Of a DNA stretch of 64,000 nt, positions 1 to 12,589 are shown in pieces. The first letter of the stretch is position 1. Every line of letters begins with the position of its first letter. The notes beneath the pieces were generated by a model. It was given only the letters and a program-made list of their open reading frames with translations. It had not been told where the DNA came from and ran no database searches. This stretch comes from Carcharhinus amblyrhynchos (lineage: Eukaryota), in contig OZ336883.1 of NCBI GenBank assembly GCA_965287045.1, positions 20,584,001 through 20,648,000 on the forward strand, given 5' to 3'. The position numbers and the translations under genes were made by a program.

Positions 1-2150
1 CTTGGAAGTTCATGTGGATCTGCACACTTTTAATAGAAAAATAGGATTTATTTGTGAGTTTGCTCCTGTAGTCCCAATAAAAGTGACCGGAAGCCACGTC
101 ATTGTGGAAGTGCCAATAGGGCAAGGTAATAATTGCCCACAGTTTGAAACTCCATTAGCTTGCGGTAACCATCTTGCTCTCTATTTGTGGATTGAATCTC
201 TATAACTGCTTTCAGCTAACAGCTGAGAGGTGATATGTATTTGGGGATGGGGAAATTCACGTTTCAGGTAAAGCGCTTTCAAATTTTACCTTGGCTGATG
301 TATAACTTAGAAAATCTAATCGTCCAGCGCAGAACCAAGTGGCAGGCGTTGCCCATGTTCGCGAACAGGACATTTTTGATCAACTGATGCAAGTGTTCAG
401 CGTTCATTAAGTCCTCATCAAACAATGTGTTGGCACGTTAGGATGTGATGACAGGTCGGGGCAAAGGGCTAAATGAATGTTGCAAGTTCATGCCTTTCTT
501 GCTTGAGGGTTTTTATTTCAGACTGTTGCAGTAGTAGTTGAAGCTGTTTAGAATTAAATCATTTTTGATGTGGCCAACAGTTGGATGCCCTGTCACTCGG
601 TGTGTCCTTTGCTGAGCTGTGTCACACTTGCTGCACGTTAAGGGACAGGAAGAGCCTTCCGCAGTGTGATAGCATCAGTTGATTACACAAGGTGAATTGG
701 ATTATTCATGGTGAGCCCTTAAGACCATTGGTGTATTGTTTTAAGGGAACTATGGGGAACATGTTCATATCTTTCTTTCATAAACTGCAGCTCTTCAAAC
801 CCTTGCTCCATTTGCAATTTCTTTTCGATTTTGACGTTTGAGAAGAAGCAAGGATTGCCGAATTAAATTTAGTCTGCCTGTAAGAAAATCAATGACTTGG
901 TGGGCCAGCTAATGGGAATTCCTGGACTAGCTAATGGCAATGGCAAGTTGTGTTACTGAGTGATTGGCTACATCTCCTCTCAAATTCCCTGCTTGACATT
1001 TCCAGCACCCACCTCACCCTCAGCTATAAAGGACCACGTCCACAAACACCATCTAATTCGCTCTCGGTATAGCATGTCAGGAATGACACATCTCCCTCGG
1101 TAAGAGCTGCAGAATGAACGTTGGTTGAGACTGTCAGTTGCAGTTCAGCCTCCCCATCGGAGGGACTGAACAAGTTACGGTTCTCCTTCCAACAACCTTC
1201 TGGATTTATTTAAATCGACAACATACATGTGATAAGCTCAAGTACAATATGACCTCTTTTGTTCCAGTATTTTTGTCTTACAAGTTACTTCGAGAATTAA
1301 GTGTTCCATAACACCATTAAAGGTTACAAACCGTACATTTCAATGCCTTCCATTTTTACCCCAAATTTATAGCAAAAATGAAACATGTATTATACAGAAT
1401 TTTCACTGAACAGTAACGTCATGCCTAAGTGTCTTAAAATGTTCAAAATTGTTCCGTACAATATTTTGGGGTGGTGATGAATCATTTGCAGTTTAAAAAG
1501 TTTGCAGTTCTGCTGTTGTAGGAGGTTGGACAGGAAAATGGGTCGAAACTGTGTCCTTCCAATTTAGATCTGGGTTCAGATCTAACAGCAGAGCTGTGAA
1601 ATTTTCTAAGGGTCCAATGGGAAATGCGTGGGGCAGTCTAACACAGTCGACATGCGACGTCAAGCTACCAAAACTCTACTGGTACATCTTTGAGAAAGAA
1701 AGTATGGAAAATGGAAATGTCACGATCTGGATCGAGGTTCAGAGATGTCAGTTTAAGATAGTAGAGAATCTGTGCTCTGTATGTCATTAGGCGTAGAGTA
1801 GATGCAATATTCAGCTGTTACCACTCACCACAGCCATCTTTCATGCTGAAAAATTGTCTCCATTGAAAGTGTAACCTGTACATCTAATGAGCTGTGGCCC
1901 ACAAAAGGAAGGTTGAATGCAATGTCCAGAAACTATTGTCTATTGATTTATTAATAGTTGCCTGTACATTACACCTGTAAAATTTTTTTTGTCATTGTGA
2001 ATGCTTTTCGGTTTCATGTATAATCAACACTTTAAAAAAAACCTAATGTTTTATTCAGCTTGTGTATTTGGTTTCTTGCTGCTGAACAGTGTTTGGTGTA
2101 AACCGTAGAACTGTATATGTAATTGAAATTGATGCATGTCGACAAGATCC
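1..2150 (+). other. Probable 3' UTR of a convergent plus-strand gene (possibly ITPK1)
   Basis: No recognisable repeats or long ORF; U-rich and TGTA-rich near 1950-2130; gene identity inferred only from mammalian CHGA-ITPK1 tail-to-tail synteny. Confidence 0.35.
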
Positions 2151-3032
2151 ACTACCTCTTTTTTGCTTCAACAAATGGATAGCAGGTTCTTGGTTACTCA
2201 CCGTGTTCCCGAATAGTGGCTTTTGTTTTAAAAAATGGCTCGTTACGATGTGATTGAAAAGCTTGAGAAAAACTGACCGAAGGAAATCATTGTCGCGTTA
2301 TCTGTATTAACGGAAGATCTGCCTCACTTTGCAGTGCAATCAGTTGGGTTTCACCAATTTCCTCACTTGTGCCTTGAACCTAACCGTGCTCCTTTCCTCA
2401 CTGTGTGCATGATCATACATTCACCGAAATAGTAAAAAAAATATGAATTGCAACATCTCCAGTGGTCTTTCTGTTTTTGCTTTTGGGGCGTGACCTCCTG
2501 TCTTGTCCTGTCTCGTCAGCTTGCTCTGCTCTTTATCCCAAAACCTCTTTGCTTAATGATTCAAAGTATCCCGCCCTCACCTCCCCTCTCTATACCCCTT
2601 TTCATTTCATGGTAAGCTCATGCCCAGAATTGAAATTTGTTCAGTCTTCTTGTCCAAAGGAACCGGTCTGTATCTGTGTTTTGAAACCCATCACTATTAA
2701 ATGCCGAAGAATTGCCACTCTAAATACTTTAATTATTTTTGCTTGTAATCACCTTGTGTAAAGTGCAGGCTTTAGTTTCTCTTGTAGATGAAGTTACATT
2801 GTGGTTCCAATTCAATTTTGTTGATGATGCTGAAGGTAAAATGAGACCAGTTTATTAGCTCAGGGATGCTGTGCAGAGGCGCACGCTGAGCTGGATTTGG
2901 ACTGAGGAAGCGGGACCAGTGGCAAGCGGGCTGGAAAGTTGCCAGCGGAGAACAACATGCTAGCTTACTGGCATCTTCCTGCCTCTGGACCGTTGTACAA
3001 GAGGTTGATTTGAAGGGGCGTGTGTGGGTTGG

Positions 3033-3337
3033 AATCATCGAATCTCTACAGCAGGAGGCCATTTGGTCCATCGTGTCTGTACTGTCCACAAATCCACCCC
3101 AGACCCTATTCCCATAATCCCACATATTTACCCTGCTAATCTCCCTTGCACTAGGGTCAATTTAGCCAGGCAATTGACTTAACCCATACACCTTTGGACT
3201 GTGGGAGGAAAATGGAGCACCCGGAGGAAACCCACGCAGACACTGGGAGAAATTGCAAACTCCACACAGACTGACCCGAGGCTGGAATTGAACCCAGGTT
3301 TCTGGCGCTGTGAGGTAGCAGTGCTAACCACTGTGCC
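3033..3337 (-). mobile_element. HE1-type V-SINE (CR1-type tail)
   Basis: tRNA-like head, V core (GGGTTTCCTCCGGGTGCTCC), CR1-like tail. Confidence 0.85.
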
Positions 3338-4064
3338 AAAGTGGTTCCCAAGTGAGGGCTCCTCATCTGTAAGCGGTCGTTGTCCATTTAAATCAATTAA
3401 AGGGCACACAGAAGATGTCAAGTTTTCCAATAGCCATGCGGTTTCCTACTGAGACCAAATCCTGGCCAATGAATGGCCACCAGTTGCAAACTGGGGGAGG
3501 GGATACTGTTCCTTAGACTGTTCATCCAGATCCCTTTTAGAAGCCTACACTCCTTGAAATGTCTGATTATTACAAGTTCCAGTAGGGAAAAAAGCCCATT
3601 GATGATCTGGGAGTATATATCAGTGTAATAAATAAATAAATTAGTTCATCACAGATTGTGAATCTCAGGCTATTAAGCAAAAAGATGGTTAAGGTTTAGG
3701 GGAGAGAGGAAAAAAGGTCAATGAAGAGATGACTGAAAAGAATATTTCAGGAGGCTAGGAAGAAGCAAAGAAAGAATGCCCAACAGCAAGGCAAGATTAA
3801 CTTGGGATGAAATTCTAAAGAACAAATAGCACCCAAGATATAAATGTCCATTGTGAAGTAATGTAAGAGGGTGTGAGTTAGTAATAAGACCTTATATCCA
3901 GCATTGTCTAGCATTTTCCTATTCGTGTCCATTTCCAAATTAAATAGTTTATTAACTCAGTCTGCAATTTGTGGAGCTGGTCAAAAATATATGGCCTGTC
4001 TTGTTCTATAAAAAGTGCTAGAATCTGCTATTCACTCCTAGTGTTTAGAATATATATTTTCATC

Positions 4065-4370
4065 TGTGGGACATAGGCATCGCTAGCTGGCTAGCATTTA
4101 TTGCTGTGGATCTGGAGTCACATGTAGGCCAGACCAGGTAAGGACAGCAGATTTCCTTCCCTAAAGGATATTAGTGAACCAGATGGGTTTTTCCATCAAT
4201 CAAAAAATGGTTTCATGGTCATCAGTAAATTTGTTAGTTCCAGATGTTTTTTCATTGAATTCAAATTCCACCATCTGCCTTGGCAGGATTTGAACCCAGG
4301 TTTCCAGAACATTCGTCGAGTTTCTGGATTAATAGTCTAGCAATAATACCACGAGGCTAACACCTTCCCT
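4065..4370. mobile_element. LINE-derived end fragment, multicopy in window
   Basis: Same sequence recurs at about 29655-30000, 36925-37220 and 58140-58310. Confidence 0.65.
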
Positions 4371-4639
4371 TAATTACAGCACTTGTGGTAACACTTAACT
4401 GGTTTTCCTCACTCCATCGTGAGTGCCAGGAATCCATTTAGTAAAATGGGTAATAAATTAGAAATGTATCAAGTTGTTCTTGAAATTCAGATTTTAATCC
4501 AAGATTAAAGGGTTTCACTGAATGTAAGCGTAGAATCTTGAATTAACTTTTAATACAATTATTTAAGTTGTATTCATTTTCACGTTTTAAGATTTTTGGC
4601 AGTTTTTACTACTTAAGCAGAGCCATGAATTCATGTTAC

Positions 4640-5030
4640 TGGATTACAGTTCAGGATATTGGTGAGACTGCATGCACTGTGGATAGTTCTGGTCCCCTTT
4701 TTTAAGGAGGAGTATAGTTGTACTGGAAGCAGTTCAGTGATCCTTCACAAGGCTGATTCCTGGGGTGAGGTGTTTGTCTTATGAGGAAAGGTGGAGCAGA
4801 TTGGGCCTATACTCTTATGGTGTTCCAAAGAGGGGAAGCTGATCACACTGAAACACATGAGATTCTGAGGGGGTGGGGGTTGACAGGGTAGTTGCTGTGA
4901 GTGTGTTTCCTCTTGGAGGGGAATGTAGAATGCAGTTTCAAAATGCAGGGTTTCCTGTTTAAGACGAAGATGAGGAGGGATTTCTTATCGAAGAGTCATT
5001 AATCTTTGGAATTCTCTTCCACAGCGAGCA
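4640..5030 (+). mobile_element. Degraded CR1 LINE ORF2 3' fragment
   Basis: Colinear similarity to the younger CR1 copy at 26585-27320. Confidence 0.7.
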
Positions 5031-5144
5031 ATGGAATGGAAGGGGAAATGGGTGGAAGTGTGCTACCATGTCTTGCTGCCTTTCTCTTGCAGCAGTATCT
5101 GCTCCACCTGGTCTCGCATCTTCTACCCATTCTTTGTGAAGACT

Positions 5145-5425
5145 ATAGAATCCCCACAATATAGAAAGAGGTCATTCAGTCCATCCAGTCTGCACTGACT
5201 TTCCAAAACAGCATCTCACTCATGCCCTCCCCTCTGCCCTATAAGCCTGTGTATTTACGGTGGCTAATCCACCTATCCTACACATCTTTGGGGTGTGAGT
5301 GGAAGCTGGAGCACCTAGAGGGAACCCACACAGGCACGGGGAGAAAGTGCAAACTCCACTCAGGCAGTCACCTAAGGCCTGAATTGAACGCAGATCCCTG
5401 GCAGTGTGAGGCAGCGGTGTTACTG
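5145..5425 (-). mobile_element. HE1-type V-SINE
   Basis: V core, head and CR1-type tail. Confidence 0.8.
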
Positions 5426-5439
5426 TGTCTTCCAAGGGG

Positions 5440-5940
5440 GCTCCCTGCTAGGTGTTCAGGTCCATATCTCCTGACAAGTTCTCCAAGGCATCTGATCAGG
5501 CAAATATACACCGCACTTACTCCTTTTAGGCCAAAACTTATGAGAATTTCTGCAATAAATCTTCATAGAATACTGACGAAGTCCTGACAAACAATCCTAG
5601 AAAATCTTCCTTTTCAAATCTCTAGCAGCAAGTTGAACAGCTGAAGGTGAGTATGTCTTTAGTAGAACTCAAAATCCTCAACAAGGATTTGTTTATTGTC
5701 AGTTGGTTGTTCGCTGTTAGGAGAGGGCATTTCCTCAAGTGTTATCCATCAAAATGCCAAATAATATCATTAATGAACACTCCTTGGTAATTTATGTGGA
5801 AATCAATTCCTTGATCATCCTCCAGGTGGCTGTCCCGAGCAGACTTTACCAAGATGGCGTTATGCAGTAAATGCAAACCAAACTGGTGTCTCAGCTCAAA
5901 GACCCCCAGCTTGGCCACCTCAGACACTCTTTAGCACCCA
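5440..5940. repeat. Old interspersed repeat, second copy at about 31200-31630
   Basis: Shared blocks aataaatctt, actcaaaatcct, gctgttaggagagggcatt, tcattaatga and ttagcac in the same order. Confidence 0.6.
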
Positions 5941-6304
5941 AGTGAGCAGTCAAAAATGACCCCTCAATCTTTAACAATGACAAAAGGTCAATAATTTGAA
6001 ATGTTAACTTTGTTTTCTGTCTGCAAGATGCTGCCTGACCTCCTGAGTGTCTTCTCGTGTTTATAACTTTTATGTCAGATTTCCAGCATCTGCACTGTTT
6101 TGCTTTTATGACATGTTAGTAAGTGATTTATTATAACAAAGGTGCTGGCACTTTCACAGCCTCTGCAGCACTTAATACAAACCCGTAGCACTCAGCATTA
6201 AATTCTGCTGTGTATGGATGTTTGTGGCATTTGTTACAGGATCTTATGCAACACCACATTACCTGCCTGATTTATAACTCCTTGAGACAAAGGCCAAAAC
6301 ATCA

Positions 6305-6605
6305 TTAGAATCCTACAGTGCGGAAGGACAGTCGGACCATCAAGTCTGCTCTGACCATAGTCCAACCCAGGCCCTATCCCCATAATCCCATGCATTTACC
6401 TGAGCTAGTGTCCCCCTGACACTGAGGGGCAATTTAGCATGGCCAATCCACCTAACCCACACATCTTTGGACTATGGGAGGAAACTGGAGCATCTGGTGG
6501 AAACCCATGCAGACATGGGGAGAATGTGCAAACTCCACACAAACAGTGACCCAAGCTGGGAATCGAACCCAGATTCCTGGGGCTGTGAGGCAGCCACTGT
6601 ACCAT
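6305..6605 (-). mobile_element. HE1-type V-SINE
   Basis: V core, head and tail. Confidence 0.85.
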
Positions 6606-7759
6606 AATGCTGCCTGTGGTTTACAATGGCTATCTGCGGCTGGTATATTGGGAGGACTGCTGTTTTTTGGAGGGCAATTGGCCAGGATTGAATAACAGTG
6701 ATTTTTTTTGTTTACTTTTGAGGATCAGGGAATATTTATGTGGAAACGCCACTTCAAGTCTCCGGGGTAGGTTATATGTATTTGGCCTGGTCTTTGGAAG
6801 ATTGCTCATCCCATACGTTGCGTGTTCTTAAAAATATCTTTAAATACTAAAGGCAGAATTCATGAGTGGACCACATCCAATAGCAGGGGCAAAATTCAAT
6901 TTATCCACCTGCTTTCTTACTCTCCAATATTGACCTTCTGTTTGGATCCAGTTATTCAATAGGATTTTCCTTCCTCTGCACAGTGTAAGCCATTGTATAG
7001 GGATTGAACAATCAGTGTCTATGTGATAAACATATTTGAAACATTATTTGCAGGCAGTTGCTCCTCTTGAGCTGCTCTTGGTCGAATGGTATTCTATGTG
7101 TGTGGCTATACGAGTGCTACAACTATGAATAACCACTATAATGGGGAGAATTTGCCCAACTACTTGGAAGCAGGTGAATGCGGGGGAGTTAAATCTCCAA
7201 ACGTCGATGTTGCATCAGGACTCCAACATTTTCCCACCCTCTTCCAGTTGCAGAGAGCTGTGATTGAAGGTGGGTGGGGGAACCCTCTTGGATTTGTTAA
7301 GTAGTTAATGTTTTAACCCTCAATCTGGATTTCCAGATCAGCGACTCACCAGAGTCATGGGGGCCAGTACATAGTGGGAAGAATTTCATTGGTAAAACTG
7401 ACAGGCTGGGAAGGCGTTGATCATTTGAGCTCCGGACTTGGCCAAGTGAGAGGCAGCTATTCAAAGAAGCTGTCCTCTAAGGGAATAGTTCTCACTGCTT
7501 GACAAGCAATTGTTGACTGCTTGGAATGTATTTCATGTATCCAGCATTTCACTCGCCCTCAGTTACCTATCCCTGCTGCCAGCCTTCACCTCTGCAGCAT
7601 GCCAAGAGCAGAGGCCACATCGCTACTTCCAACTGCAGAACCAGCTACCTTATCCTCACCCACACACACACCTCGATGGGGCAGAGGGCATAGACACTGA
7701 GATCCAGCTGGAAGGAGGCTAGAATCTTTAACACAGTGTTTACAAAATCAGCACTCTCA

Positions 7760-8257
7760 GGGTGGCACAGTGGCTAGCACTTCTGTCTCTCAGTGCCAGG
7801 GACCTGGGTTTGATTCCTGGCTTGGGTCACTGTCTTGTGCGCAGTCTGCACATTCTCCCCGGTGTCTGCATGGGTTTGCTCCGGGTAGTCTGGTTTCCTC
7901 CCACAGTCTGAAAGACGTGCTGGTTAGGTGCATTGGCCATGCAAAGTTCTCCCACAACGTATGCGTTGCTGCCTCACAATGCCAAGGACCAGGTTTGATT
8001 CGCAGCTTGAGTCACTGTCCATGTAGAATTTATACATTCTCTCCATGTCTGAGTGGGTTTCGTCCGGTGCTCTGGTTTCCTCCCACTGTCCAAAGATGTG
8101 TGGTTAGGTTGATCAGCTATGCTAAATTGTCCCTTACTGTTAGGTGGACTAGTACGTTAAAAATGAGCAGTTATGGGGAAAGGACCTGGGTGGGATTGTG
8201 GTTGGTGCAGACTTGATGGGCTGAAAGGCCTTATTCTGCCCTGTAGGGATTCTATGA
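7760..8257 (+). mobile_element. Two tandem V-SINE copies
   Basis: Heads at about 7760 and 7966, two V cores, one CR1-type tail. Confidence 0.8.
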
Positions 8258-8727
8258 CATGTCGGAGATGCCTCAGGTGTCATGGCTGGCCGCTGCTGAC
8301 ATCTGCAGCTGTCTGGAACAAGGCCACCTTTCCAATGAAGCAGCTGGAAATGCGTGGCCGGGTACCCATTAGAGTCTTATCTTGTCCAGCCTCGCTTCAT
8401 ATCTAAATTCTTTATTAGTAACGTCTGAGAAAACAACCACCTGCATTCCTTTCAGGCTCTGTCTGAAAATTGGTCTGTTTCTCTCTACAGAATCAGGTCA
8501 ATTTTTCTCTCTAGATTTTGTGACACTTTGTCAACAAAAGCAGGGGTGTGTGTTTCGCGCTGTCATTCTGAAGGGTGGGGCCTAAACACAAGGTAAAGTT
8601 GTATTAAGGCGCTATGATAGGTGTGAACCAATTTACTGCACCAGTGAGACGTGGCGACGATCGAAAATTGCGAATTTGCCGTCGAAGTTTGCGATTTCTG
8701 GGTTTTGCCAAATCTTGACCCTCTGAA

Positions 8728-9060
8728 CCATAGAACCCTACAGTACAGAACGAGGTCCTTTGGCCCATCGGGTCTGCACCAAACACAATCCCACCCAGGC
8801 CCTATCCCTACATATTATACCACTAATCCCTCTAACCTACACATCCCTGGACACTAAAGGGGCAATTTCTTAGCATAGCCAATCAACCTAACCCGCACAT
8901 CTTTGGACCATGGGAGGAAACCGGAGTGCCCAGAGGAAACCCACCCAGACACGGGGAGAATGTGCAAACTCCACACAGACAGTGACCCCAGCTTCTCATC
9001 AAACCCAGGACCCTGGAGCTGTGAAGCAGCAGTGCTAACCACTGTGCTACCGTGCCACCC
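8728..9060 (-). mobile_element. HE1-type V-SINE
   Basis: Full head, core and tail. Confidence 0.88.
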
Positions 9061-9196
9061 TGCCAGCCAATCTTATGCGAGAGTGTGGGCTCAAGATCAT
9101 GGCCCCCACCTCTAATTATAAACCTAATTACTTTTTAAGCCACCATATCAATTCGCCCTGCCACTTTTCAAGATTTTTGTAGATGGAGACTAAGAT

Positions 9197-9480
9197 GGGT
9201 GGCACAGTGGTTAGCACTGCTGCCTCATAGCACCGGGGACCCAGGTCCAGTTCCAGCCTCGGGTCACTATCTGTGTGGGTTTCCTCTGAGTGCTCCGGTT
9301 TCCTCCCACAGTCCAAAGATGTGCAGGTTAGGTTGACTGGCCATGCTAAATTGCCCCTTATGTCAGGGAGATTAGCAAAGTAAATAGGTGGGGTTACAGG
9401 GATAGAGTCTGGATGGGATTCTGGTTGGTGCAGACTCGATGGACCAAATGGTTTCCTTCTGCACTGTAGGGATTCTATTG
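9197..9480 (+). mobile_element. HE1-type V-SINE
   Basis: Head, internally deleted core, tail. Confidence 0.85.
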
Positions 9481-9559
9481 TATTCTAAAGATCTCCCGAC
9501 TCATGTATATGTTTCAAACTCTCTAACTTATTTTCAAACAAGTATAGGAAGAATAAAGT

Positions 9560-9967
9560 AAAGACTACGGGGTAAAAGTTGTTTTATTTTAATTACATAA
9601 ATTGTATATAGAATGTACAATACAATTAGTCTGACTTGGTACAAACTTCCACCAAGTACAATACTATTTTAACTTGAGTTTCATCTCCTCTATCAGGTAT
9701 TCTAAAAAGCCATAGAATTTTAAACCATAACATTAAGTATCGCAAACGGATTCAGCTAATGTAGGAAACAAGGTATGTCATGGGAGAACTAACAGATGTA
9801 AAATGATTAAATAAGCAAGCATTTAGCAGCACCTTGGAAAGAAAAACAGATGCAGAATGTAGATTCCTCAAAAGCATTGATGATTTTGGTGCAGTAGCTA
9901 AAATATTACTAATCAAACAAAGGTGCTGATAGTTGCTTCATTATTACTCAGCTTTGTGGCACAGGAT
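9560..9967 (-). other. CHGA: CHGA 3' UTR with AATAAA poly(A) signal at 9588-9583
   Basis: AT-rich, repeat-free sequence after the stop; tttatt on + at 9583-9588; cleavage site not determined. Confidence 0.6.
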
Positions 9968-10051
9968 TTAACTTCTGCGCATCTGATGTAACCTCCTTGC
10001 CATGGCTTCCAGTTCGCTTTCAATTGCTTCAAGATTCTCCATTTCTTGTTC
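9968..10051 (-). CDS. CHGA: Chromogranin A terminal coding exon (EQEMENLEAIESELEAMARRLHQMRRS*)
   Basis: ttttcccag acceptor, 84 nt to TAA; matches the granin C-terminal motif DQELESLSAIEAELEKVAHQLQALRRG. Confidence 0.95.
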   Translation of the reverse strand, partial: EQEMENLEAIESELEAMARRLHQMRRS

Positions 10052-10094
10052 CTGGGAAAATATTAGACAAGATTATTATTTCTGAGAGGAAGGT

Positions 10095-10378
10095 AAGTTT
10101 ATTTATTAGTCACAAGTAATTCACACTACAATGAAATTACTGTGAAAATCCCCCAGTCGCCACACTCCGATGCCTGTTCAGGTACACTGAACATGGCCAA
10201 TTCATCTAACCTGCACATCTTTGGACTGTAGGAGGAACCCAGAGCACCCGGGGGAAACCCACACAGACACGGGAAGAACATGCAAACTCCACACAGACAG
10301 TGACCCAAGCCAGGAATCGAACCCAGGTCCTGGGTGCTGTGTGGCATTAGTGCTAACCACTATGCCATCGTGCTGCCC
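10095..10378 (-). mobile_element. V-SINE with alternative 3' tail
   Basis: Tail ends ...ACTTGTGACTAATAAATAAAC; lies about 45 nt upstream of the CHGA last-exon acceptor. Confidence 0.85.
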
Positions 10379-10974
10379 CAGAAGTTCCTGGAAGAGTGCT
10401 CAACAATCTTTTCGTGGAGGAAAAAGGTTATGACTTATATTTATAAAGCTTCTTTCATGATCTCCTTCCCTCAGGCCCAGACAGGCCTCTGCTGGACACC
10501 TATCCATCACTAAGCTCCCACTGTTTGAGTGGGCAGTGTCCACTTAAAGGCCCCAATTGGTGCCAGGGTAGGCCTTGCCTGCTGTCTGTTAAATTGCGGC
10601 CAGGTTGGGGCCGGTGGGGGGGGGTGGTGTCAGATAGGTGGCAGAAAGGGCATCCCCGAAATTTGGTTGGCCCCTCCACCTGCTAATCCACTCATAAGGG
10701 GCCCTAAAATTATGACCATTGTGACAGGAATGGAAGATTTGTGAAGTTGGCTCCACAAAGCCAAATTAGCATTAGAGCGATGCTGAAAATATTTCCATCA
10801 GCACAAAGCCTGCAGTGTTAATTGAACCGCATCCTTAATCACACATTTAAAATCAGCTTCTGCATGCATGCATTCTTCCCTCTCTGAAATCACCCTGCAG
10901 CGATGTATTGATGTGGCAAAATTGAATGGAAAACTCTGACAGAGCAATTTACAATTAAAACTGATGATGGAAAT

Positions 10975-11300
10975 GGGTGGCACAGTGGTTAGCACTGCTG
11001 CCTCACAGTCCGGGGACCGAGGTTCGATTCCTGACTTGGGTCACTGTCTGTATGGAAATTGTACAATCTCCCCGTCTTTGCTTGGGTTTCCTCTGGGTGT
11101 TCCGGTTTCCTCCCACAGTCCGAAAGATGTGTGGGTTAGGTGGATTGGCCGTGCTAAATTAACCCTTGGTGTCCTGGGATGTTCTAGGTTAGAGGGATTA
11201 GCAGGGTAAGTAAGCGGGGATAGGGATTGAGTGGGATTGTTGCCTGTGCAGACTCAATGGGTCAAATGGCCTCCTTCTGCACAGTAGGGAGTCTATGATT
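10975..11300 (+). mobile_element. HE1-type V-SINE
   Basis: Full head, core and tail. Confidence 0.88.
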
Positions 11301-11777
11301 TCTAAAAAATACAATCAGAAATTGAGACTGGAAAATCACTTTTATGGACAAGAAGTGCATACTTCTTAAATCATAAATAAACTTCAATAAATCTTTTTCT
11401 TAGTGCAGTATTATTTACTTGATGAAGATTGAAAGATCATTTGTTCTGATAAAACATTTATACATTCTGATCAAATTCGATGCCATAAGATTTTCAGGTA
11501 GTCTTTGAAGCAAAATATCTACTTTCCATTATTGTATAAAATCCTGAATTTAGCTGCAGTTTGCAGTTAATACACCGAACGGACTCGGAGCGTGCTTGGA
11601 AGACTTGACCAGTCAAACATGCATAAAAATAGCAAAATTGGAGTTGATCTGTATAAGAAGAGAATGATTTGTAGTCTTAGTATCAAATTTATGCCAATTT
11701 ACTCCCAAAGTGTACTGCTATTTTATTTACTTCAATTAAGCTTTGGGTAAGCAATTGTACTTCTACTGGATTGAGGA

Positions 11778-11862
11778 GCAGTAAAAAGTCTCACAACACC
11801 ATGTTAAAGTCCAACAAGTTTATTTGGAATCATGAGCTTCCAGAGCTCCTTCATCAGGTGAG
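11778..11862 (-). mobile_element. Penelope-like terminal fragment with degenerate hammerhead motif
   Basis: Minus strand reads TCAC CTGATGA AGGAGCTCT GGAA GCTC ATGA; same family as 35149-35345 and 62197-62352. Confidence 0.65.
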
Positions 11863-12589
11863 TCAGTCACACTGCTGGGGGGGAGTAGAGGCTACTGAGG
11901 ACCCTGCAAAAGGCTGGGGGCAAGGGGGTGCCACCTGGGTAGTGCCAGCCTGGAACCCTGACACTGCCTATGGGACATACTGGCACTCCTCACTATGCAT
12001 GTTGGCACTGTCCACTGAGCAGTGCCACAAGGGGATGAGGCCTGTTGGGGGTAATTGTGAGGCGACGTTCGCTGCCACCCACTCTGCAAGTGGGATCGCT
12101 GGGAGGAGGCGATCAGGGCTGGTCATCGGAGTTGTGGGGGGGGGGGGGAAGGTGGGTATAATGGGGCACATGTGCTAATCTTTTCACTGATAAATTGGTG
12201 CATGTGCTGTGGCCTGCTCAGCACTTTGCTGCTGGCCTCTCAGGTGGGAATAGGCCCAGCCCACCACCTTTCAGAGTGAATCATGCAGAGGCACTCTGCA
12301 TTGCTTCAAGTGAGGGAGATTCGTTCAATTAAGTACACCCAAAAATCAGGTGGGAAATATTCCCATTTTGTTTTGGGAGAATTCCGGTCTTTGTCCTACG
12401 TTTGCTCAGTACATCAAATTGCATTCGCCATTATTGAAGCTCTCAGTGACACTGCATTGTTGTGCAAACTACGCCATCTTGGACATATTATCCACAAGCA
12501 ATAGAATGAAATAAAGTGGAGGTACAGCAATTGGAAATGTCTCATTATTGACTGGATGTATGTAATCACAAATTTTCAAAAATTTTAAA

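Noticed and set aside
3157-3452. Many 60-150 aa ORFs with recurring text such as WLALLPHS or EETHADTGR
   Set aside because: Translations of V-SINE copies throughout the window
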